DNA from: Candidatus Aminicenantes bacterium
Lineage (GTDB): Bacteria; Acidobacteriota; Aminicenantia; Aminicenantales; Saccharicenantaceae
Reading direction: 5' to 3'
Assembly: GCA_017999365.1 (NCBI GenBank)
Contig: JAGNLW010000001.1
Span: forward strand, 669 to 64,668
Length of the DNA stretch: 64,000 nt
Position numbers and translations under genes: made by a program. The notes beneath the pieces are model-generated. The model saw only the letters and a program-made list of their open reading frames with translations, had not been told where the DNA came from and searched no databases. This document shows positions 58,417-64,000 of this stretch, one piece after another; positions within the stretch are counted from its first letter, which is position 1, and each line of letters opens with the position of its first letter.

Positions 58417-60956
58417 CGGACGTACCCCAGGCTGAAGTCGCCCATCTTGTGGAACTCGAGATAGCGGTAGATCTCGGCCGCCTTGGGCAGGACCTTCTCC
58501 TTCATGACGGCCATGTACTCCTCGACCGTGGGAATGCGGCCCTTGAGGGCCGTCAGGGCGGCCAGCTCGGACGAGCCGAGGTAGACCCGGGTGTTGTCCC
58601 CCAGGCGATGGTCGAAGTTCCGGGTCGAGGTGGCGAAAACGGTCGTCCCGGCCGCGACCCGGGCCTGGTTGCCCATGCAGAGCGAGCAGCCGGGCATTTC
58701 GGTCCGGCCTCCGAACGAGACGAAGACGGAGTAATAGCCTTCCCGCATGAGCTGGGCGGCGTCCATCTTGGTGGGCGGGGTGATCCAGACCTTGGCCGAC
58801 GGCAGGCCGGCCTTGTCGAGGATCGTCCCGGCGGCCCGGAACTGGCCGATATTGGTCATGCAGGAACCGATGAAGACCTCCTGGACGGGATCGCCGGCGA
58901 TGGCCGACAGGGGCTTGACGTCATCGGGGTCGTTGGGACAGGCCACCAGAGGTTCCGTGATCTCGGCCAGGTCGATCTCCAGGACGGCCTTATAAGAGGC
59001 GTGGGGATCGGCCGCGAGCAGAGACGGCTTGGCCAGCCAGGCGTTGCAGGCGTCGATACGTCGGTGCAGGGTCTCGGCGCTCTGGTAGCCTTCCTTGATC
59101 ATCTGTTCCATCAGGGCGACGTTGCTCCGGAGGTACTCGGCGACGCGCTCCTCCTTGAGGGAGATGACGCAGGCGGCGGCCGAGCGCTCGGCCGAAGCGT
59201 CGGTCAGCTCGTAGGCCTGGTCGCCGGTCAGGTCCTCGAGGCCCTCGATCTCCAGGACGCAGCCGTTGAAGACGTTCTTCTTGTTCTTCTTCTCGACCGT
59301 CAGAAGGCCCTTCTTGACGGCGAAGTACGGGATGGCGTTGACGGCGTCGCGCAGGGTCAGTCCGGGGTTGAGCCGGCCCTTGAACCGGACCAGGACGGAT
59401 TCGGGCATGTCCAAGGGCATGAAGCCCAGGGCCCCGGCGAAGGCGACCAGGCCCGAGCCGGCCGGGAACGAGATGCCGATGGGAAAGCGGGTGTGGGAGT
59501 CCCCGCCCGTCCCGACCGTGTCGGGCAGGACGAGCCGGTTGAGCCACGAATGGATGACGCCGTCCCCGGGCCGCAGCGAGACGCCCTTGCGGGCGATCAT
59601 GAAGGGCGGCAGGGTCCGGTGGACCTTGACGTCGGCCGCCTTGGGGTAGGCGGCGGTGTGGCAGAACGACTGCATGAACAGGTCGGCTTGGAACTCCAGG
59701 CAGGCCAGTTCCTTGAGCTCGTCGGCCGTCATGGGCCCGGTCGTGTCCTGGGAGCCGACCGTGGTCATGTGGGGCTCGCAGGCCGTCCCGGGCAGCACGC
59801 CGGCCAGGCCGCAGGCCCGGCCGACGATCTTCTGGGCCAGGGTGTAGCCCTGGTCCGGCTTGGGCTTGGGGTTCTCGACCGTGGTGAAGAACGGGGCCTC
59901 GCCGAGCCCGAGGGCTTTGCGGGCCTTGGCCGTCAGCTGGCGCCCGATGATGAGGGTCAGCCGGCCGCCGGCCCGGAACTCGTCCTTGAGCGTCGGCGGT
60001 TTCACTTCGAGCTTGGACAGGACGGCCCCCGCGGCGTCGCGGACGGCGCCGGCCGCGAAGTCGAGCGTGATGAGGTCGCCCGTCTTCATCCGGGTCACGT
60101 CGGCCATGAGCGGCAGGCCGCCGGAGTCCTCGGCGGTGTTGAAGAAGATCGGGGCGATGAGCCCGCCGATGACGACCCCGGCCCGCCGCTTGTTGGGGAC
60201 GTGGGGGATGTCCTCGCCGATGTGCCACATCAGGGAGTTGCAGGCCGACTTGCGGCTCGAGCCCGTGCCGACGACGTCGGCCACGAAGGCCACCCGGTGG
60301 CCCTCGTCGCGGAAGGACTTCATGACGGCGTTGCCGCCGGGGAAGCGCTTCTCGCCCATCGATTGGGCGTGGAGGGGGATGTCGGGACGGGTCGGGGCGT
60401 GCCCGGCCGGGGAGAAGTCGTCGGTGTTGATCTCCCCCTCGACCTTGAAGACCTTGAGGACGAGCGTCTCGGGGAAAGCGGGGCGCGTCAGGAACCACTC
60501 CCCCGCCGCCCAGGACTCCAGGACCGCCTTGGCGTGGGGGTTGGCCGCGGACATCTTGAGGATGGTCTCGAAATGGCCGTAGACGAGCACGGTCCTCTTG
60601 AGGGCCTCGGCGGCGGCCGCGGCGAGGACCGGATCGGACAGGGCCTCGACCAGGGGATCGACGTTGTAGCCGCCGAGCATGGTGCCGAGGAGGCTCACGG
60701 CGTCTTCGCGCGTGACGGCCGCCGACTTGACCGTCCCCTTGGCCACGCCGGCCAGCCAGCCGGCCTTGACCTTGGCGGCCGGGTCGACGCCGGGCGCCAC
60801 CCGGTCCTCGAGCAGTCGGCGGAGGGCCGCGCCGTCGTCCTTGCCGGTGGTCTCGAGGCCGCGGCAGACCTCTTCGACCTCGGCCGGCGTCAGCGGCAGG
60901 GGCGGCAGACCGGCCTGGGCCCGTTCTTTCTCCATGGTCCGATAAGCGTCGAGCAT
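58413..60956 (-). CDS. acnB: Aconitate hydratase B (bifunctional aconitase 2 / 2-methylisocitrate dehydratase)
   Basis: Collinear along its length with E. coli AcnB, including the Fe-S ligand region (GSCMTN, GCSLCMGNQ). Confidence 0.95.
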   Translation of the reverse strand: MLDAYRTMEKERAQAGLPPLPLTPAEVEEVCRGLETTGKDDGAALRRLLEDRVAPGVDPAAKVKAGWLAGVAKGTVKSAAVTREDAVSLLGTMLGGYNVDPLVEALSDPVLAAAAAEALKRTVLVYGHFETILKMSAANPHAKAVLESWAAGEWFLTRPAFPETLVLKVFKVEGEINTDDFSPAGHAPTRPDIPLHAQSMGEKRFPGGNAVMKSFRDEGHRVAFVADVVGTGSSRKSACNSLMWHIGEDIPHVPNKRRAGVVIGGLIAPIFFNTAEDSGGLPLMADVTRMKTGDLITLDFAAGAVRDAAGAVLSKLEVKPPTLKDEFRAGGRLTLIIGRQLTAKARKALGLGEAPFFTTVENPKPKPDQGYTLAQKIVGRACGLAGVLPGTACEPHMTTVGSQDTTGPMTADELKELACLEFQADLFMQSFCHTAAYPKAADVKVHRTLPPFMIARKGVSLRPGDGVIHSWLNRLVLPDTVGTGGDSHTRFPIGISFPAGSGLVAFAGALGFMPLDMPESVLVRFKGRLNPGLTLRDAVNAIPYFAVKKGLLTVEKKNKKNVFNGCVLEIEGLEDLTGDQAYELTDASAERSAAACVISLKEERVAEYLRSNVALMEQMIKEGYQSAETLHRRIDACNAWLAKPSLLAADPHASYKAVLEIDLAEITEPLVACPNDPDDVKPLSAIAGDPVQEVFIGSCMTNIGQFRAAGTILDKAGLPSAKVWITPPTKMDAAQLMREGYYSVFVSFGGRTEMPGCSLCMGNQARVAAGTTVFATSTRNFDHRLGDNTRVYLGSSELAALTALKGRIPTVEEYMAVMKEKVLPKAAEIYRYLEFHKMGDFSLGYVR

Positions 60957-61029
60957 CGTTCTCTCCTTGGTCCGATTCGGTCCGTCTACTTTATCGGTTT
61001 TGCGGTCGTCTTGTCAAAGCCGGGCGGGC

Positions 61030-61063
61030 TTGCAAAAGGCCCCGATTCCGGTTAGAATCGGGG
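61030..61063 (+). promoter_or_regulatory. Putative mdh promoter (TTGCAA-17-TAGAAT) overlapped by a perfect 9-bp inverted repeat CCCCGATTC-N6-GAATCGGGG
   Basis: Inverted repeat 61040..61063 straddles the -10 at 61053..61058. Confidence 0.5.
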
Positions 61064-61104
61064 CTCTGATCTTTGTCCGAAATCCCCTTAGGAGAGACCG
61101 ACAC

Positions 61105-62037
61105 ATGCGCAAGAAGATCGCCCTCATCGGTGGCGGCCAGATCGGCCAGATCCTGGCCATGCTCGCGGCCCAGAAGGAGCTGGGTGACGTCGTCATCCTC
61201 GACATCCCCGAGCTCGAGAACCCGGCCAAGGGCAAAGCCCTCGATCTCATGGAGATGGCTCCCCACGGCAATTACGACGCGAACCTCACCGGCACGTCCG
61301 ACTACAAGGACATCGCCGGGGCCGACGTCGTCATCATCACGGCCGGCAAGCCCCGCCAGGCCGGCATGACCCGCGAGGACCTCCTCGCCGTCAACCTCGA
61401 CATCATCACCAAGGTCGCCGCGGGCGTGAAGCAGTACGCCCCCAAGGCCCTCTGCATCATCGTCACCAACCCGCTCGACGCCATGGTCTACGCCTTCTAC
61501 AAGCTGACCGGCTTCCCCAAGAACCAGGTCATCGGCATGGCCGGCACGCTCGACACGGCCCGCTGGCGCGCCTTCGTCGGCATGGAGCTCAACGTCTCCG
61601 TCACCGACGTCGCCGGCACGGTCCTCGGCGGCCACGGCCCCGACATGGTCCCCCTGCCCCGGCTGACCACGGTCGGCGGCGTGCCCCTGACCGAGATCGC
61701 CACCAAGGAGCAGATCGACAAGCTGGTCACCCGCACCCGCGAGGCCGGCACCGAGATCGTCAAGCTCTTCGGCAAGGGCTCGGCCTTCTTCAGCCCGGCC
61801 TGGAGCGCCATCGTCATCGCCGAGTCCTACCTCAAGGACAAGCGGCGGGTCCTCCCCTGCGCCGCCCTGTGCGAGGGCGAGTACGGCGTCAAGGGCCTGT
61901 TCATCGGCGTGCCCTGCCTCGTCACGGCCAAGGGCGTGGAGAAGATCTACGAGATCGCCCTCAACGACGAAGAGAAGGCCATGCTCCAGAAGACGGTCGG
62001 CGTCGTCCAGAAGACGGTCGAGGAGACTAAGCTCTAA
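61105..62037 (+). CDS. mdh: Malate dehydrogenase (LDH-like type)
   Basis: NAD-binding motif GGGQIG, catalytic His region, RBS TAGGAGAG. Start trimmed to MRKKIALIGG. Confidence 0.95.
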   Translation: MRKKIALIGGGQIGQILAMLAAQKELGDVVILDIPELENPAKGKALDLMEMAPHGNYDANLTGTSDYKDIAGADVVIITAGKPRQAGMTREDLLAVNLDIITKVAAGVKQYAPKALCIIVTNPLDAMVYAFYKLTGFPKNQVIGMAGTLDTARWRAFVGMELNVSVTDVAGTVLGGHGPDMVPLPRLTTVGGVPLTEIATKEQIDKLVTRTREAGTEIVKLFGKGSAFFSPAWSAIVIAESYLKDKRRVLPCAALCEGEYGVKGLFIGVPCLVTAKGVEKIYEIALNDEEKAMLQKTVGVVQKTVEETKL

Positions 62038-62061
62038 GGCCGTTCGCTCTTCACGCTAACC

Positions 62062-62099
62062 CGGCCGGAGGCGGGCTTCCCGCCTCCGGCTTTTTCTTT
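62062..62099 (+). terminator. Rho-independent terminator after mdh
   Basis: Stem GCCGGAGGCGGG/CCCGCCTCCGGC with loop CTTC, followed by TTTTTCTTT. Confidence 0.75.
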
Positions 62100-62128
62100 G
62101 GGGACATGTACGCTTCGTACGTGTCCCC
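62100..62128 (+). repeat. Second copy of the GGGGACAyGTAC…GTACGTGTCCCC hairpin element (compare 54925..54953)
   Basis: 13-bp arms with one G·U wobble and loop CTT. No T-tract follows. Confidence 0.6.
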
Positions 62129-62179
62129 GTTCCCCACCGTCTTTACTGCAGGACGGAAACGCGGTATCGTTGGGCTCCC

Positions 62180-63355
62180 ATGCGCGTCCAGGAATACCGA
62201 GCCAAACGGCTGTTGGCCGCGGCCGGTATTCCGGTGCCGAGGGGCGAGATCGCGGAGACGCCCGAACAGGCCAGGTCCGCGGCGGAACGCCTCGGGGTTC
62301 CCGTGGTCGTCAAAGCCCAGGTCCTGGCCGGAGGGCGTGGCAGGGCGGGCGGCGTCATCCCGGCCCGCTCGGCGTCCGAGGCCCAAGCCGCCGCGGCCCG
62401 GCTCCTCGGAAAGCCCCTGGTCACGGAGCAGACCGGTCCCCGCGGGTATCCCGTCCGCCTTGTTTTAGTCGAGGAAGCCCTCGAGACCGAGCGCGAACTC
62501 TATATGGGACTGACGATCGACCGGGCCCGGGCCGCTTATACGCTCTTGGCCGCGCCCCGCGGCGGGATCGACGTCGAGTCCCTGTCGGCCGTCGGACCCG
62601 GACTCGTGCTCGAAGAGCCGTTGCTACCCCAGGCCGGGCTCACCGCGGCGCAAATCGAACGCATCGCCGCGGGCTTGGGATTCACCGGCGGGACGGTCGT
62701 CCGCGCCCGCGACGTCGCGGCCGGGCTCGCCGCCGCCTTCGGCGCTTCCCAAGCGATCCTCCTCGAGATCAACCCCCTCGTCCTCGTCCGCGACGGCCGC
62801 CTCGTCGCCGCCGACGCCAAGGCCGAGATCGACGACAATGCCCTCCCCTTCCGGACCGACCTGCGGGAGCTCCGCGACCCCGACGACGGCACGCCCGACG
62901 AGCGCGCCGCCGCCGAAGCCGGGCTGAGCCTGATCCGTCTCGACGGGGACATCGGCTGCGTCGTCAACGGGGCGGGGCTGGCCATGGCCACGATGGACCT
63001 CGTGGCCCTGGCCGGAGGCCGGCCGGCCAACTTCCTCGACGTCGGCGGCGGCGTCTCCGAGGACGCCGTGGCCCGGGCCTTCTCGCTCGTCGTGTCCGAC
63101 AGCGGCGTCCGCGCGGTCCTGGTCAACATCTTCGGCGGCATCGTCCGCTGCGACCTCGTCGTCCGCGGCCTCGTCCGGTCGGCCCGGTCCGGCGTGACCC
63201 GGGTCCCCGTCGTCATGCGCCTTGAAGGCACCAACGTCGAGGAGGGCCGGGCCCTGGTCGCGGCTTCGGGCCTGCCCTTCGTCCTCGTCCCCGATATGGG
63301 AACGGCCGCCCGGGAAGCCGTCCGCCTGGCCCGCGAAGGGAAAGGACCGCGGTGA
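62180..63355 (+). CDS. sucC: Succinate--CoA ligase beta subunit
   Basis: ATP-grasp N-domain and CoA-ligase C-domain. Confidence 0.95.
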   Translation: MRVQEYRAKRLLAAAGIPVPRGEIAETPEQARSAAERLGVPVVVKAQVLAGGRGRAGGVIPARSASEAQAAAARLLGKPLVTEQTGPRGYPVRLVLVEEALETERELYMGLTIDRARAAYTLLAAPRGGIDVESLSAVGPGLVLEEPLLPQAGLTAAQIERIAAGLGFTGGTVVRARDVAAGLAAAFGASQAILLEINPLVLVRDGRLVAADAKAEIDDNALPFRTDLRELRDPDDGTPDERAAAEAGLSLIRLDGDIGCVVNGAGLAMATMDLVALAGGRPANFLDVGGGVSEDAVARAFSLVVSDSGVRAVLVNIFGGIVRCDLVVRGLVRSARSGVTRVPVVMRLEGTNVEEGRALVAASGLPFVLVPDMGTAAREAVRLAREGKGPR

Positions 63356-64000
63356 GCATCCTCGTCGACGCCTCGACCCGCGTCGTCGTCCAGGGCTTGA
63401 CCGGCGCCGAAGGGACCTTCCACGCCGCGCGCATGCTCGAATACGGCACCCGCGTCGTCGCCGGTGTGACCCCGGGCAAGGGCGGCTCGATCCATCTCGG
63501 CTTACCCGTCTTCGACACGGTGGCCGAAGCCGTCCGCATGGAGGGGGCCGACGCGTCCGTCATGTTCGTTCCCGCCGGCCGGGCCGCCGGCGCCGTCGTC
63601 GAGGCGGCCGAGGCCGGGCTCCGGCTCGTCGTCTGCGTCACCGAGGGCATCCCGGTCCATTCCGTCATCCGCATGCGCGAAGCCCTCGCCCGGACACGGG
63701 CCCTGCTGATCGGCCCGAACACGCCCGGCGTCATCTCCCCGGGAAGGGCGAAGCTCGGCATCATGCCCGGACCCATCCACCGGCCCGGGCCGGTCGGCGT
63801 CGTCTCCCGCTCCGGCACCCTGACCTACGAGGCCGTCGACCAGCTGACTCGGCTCGGGCTGGGCCAGTCGACCGCCGTCGGCATCGGCGGGGACCCCGTC
63901 GTGGGCCTGTCCTTCGTCGACGTTTTGAAGCTGTTCGCGGCGGACCCGGAGACCGAAGCCGTCGTCCTCATCGGCGAGATCGGCGGCGCGGCCGAGGAGG
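63352..64000 (+). CDS. sucD: Succinate--CoA ligase alpha subunit (partial, continues beyond the window)
   Basis: CoA-binding N-domain ([13 protein letters not shown]). GTG start overlapping the sucC stop (GTGA). Confidence 0.9.
   Translation, partial: MSILVDASTRVVVQGLTGAEGTFHAARMLEYGTRVVAGVTPGKGGSIHLGLPVFDTVAEAVRMEGADASVMFVPAGRAAGAVVEAAEAGLRLVVCVTEGIPVHSVIRMREALARTRALLIGPNTPGVISPGRAKLGIMPGPIHRPGPVGVVSRSGTLTYEAVDQLTRLGLGQSTAVGIGGDPVVGLSFVDVLKLFAADPETEAVVLIGEIGGAAEE

Overview
High-GC (about 70%) bacterial chromosomal segment, densely packed with housekeeping genes on both strands. No rRNA, tRNA, CRISPR array or identifiable mobile element was found. It carries a dnaK–dnaJ–hspR operon followed by a sigma-70 family factor and a DnaC/DnaI-like ATPase; a cell-envelope cluster with two L,D-transpeptidases and lipoproteins; and a compact NADH dehydrogenase operon nuoA–nuoI (nuoJ–N absent) that runs on, by translational coupling, into an MBL-fold hydrolase and a malic enzyme. 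Further genes are lpdA, cstA, a membrane Fe-S CCG-domain oxidoreductase, a kinase-less PASTA protein with rpe and bamD, outer-membrane barrels, an S8 protease, recN, miaB, the nusA–infB–rbfA–truB operon, a DUF507-like pair, an orphan exbD, mreBCD–mrdA–rodA with a large fused radical-SAM protein, an OPT transporter, def–fmt and a TCA block (acnB, mdh, sucCD). Gram-negative architecture is inferred from BamD, ExbD and C-terminal-Phe beta-barrels; taxon otherwise uncertain. The sequence-level observations worth a second look are: a striking AT-rich consensus promoter with a palindromic operator in front of dnaK; a 30-nt hairpin element present in two copies; palindromes embedded in several near-consensus promoters (exbD, mdh, the GATase/ACT divergent pair); a recurring GATTCCG motif abutting -10 boxes; pervasive 4-nt start/stop overlaps; and several conserved-unknown envelope proteins. 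I found no clear-cut novel multi-gene system such as a defense island. The best candidates for undescribed biology are the DUF507 pair with the adjacent PKD/beta-barrel outer-membrane protein, the orphan exbD unit, the kinase-less PASTA operon and the nuoI-coupled MBL hydrolase.
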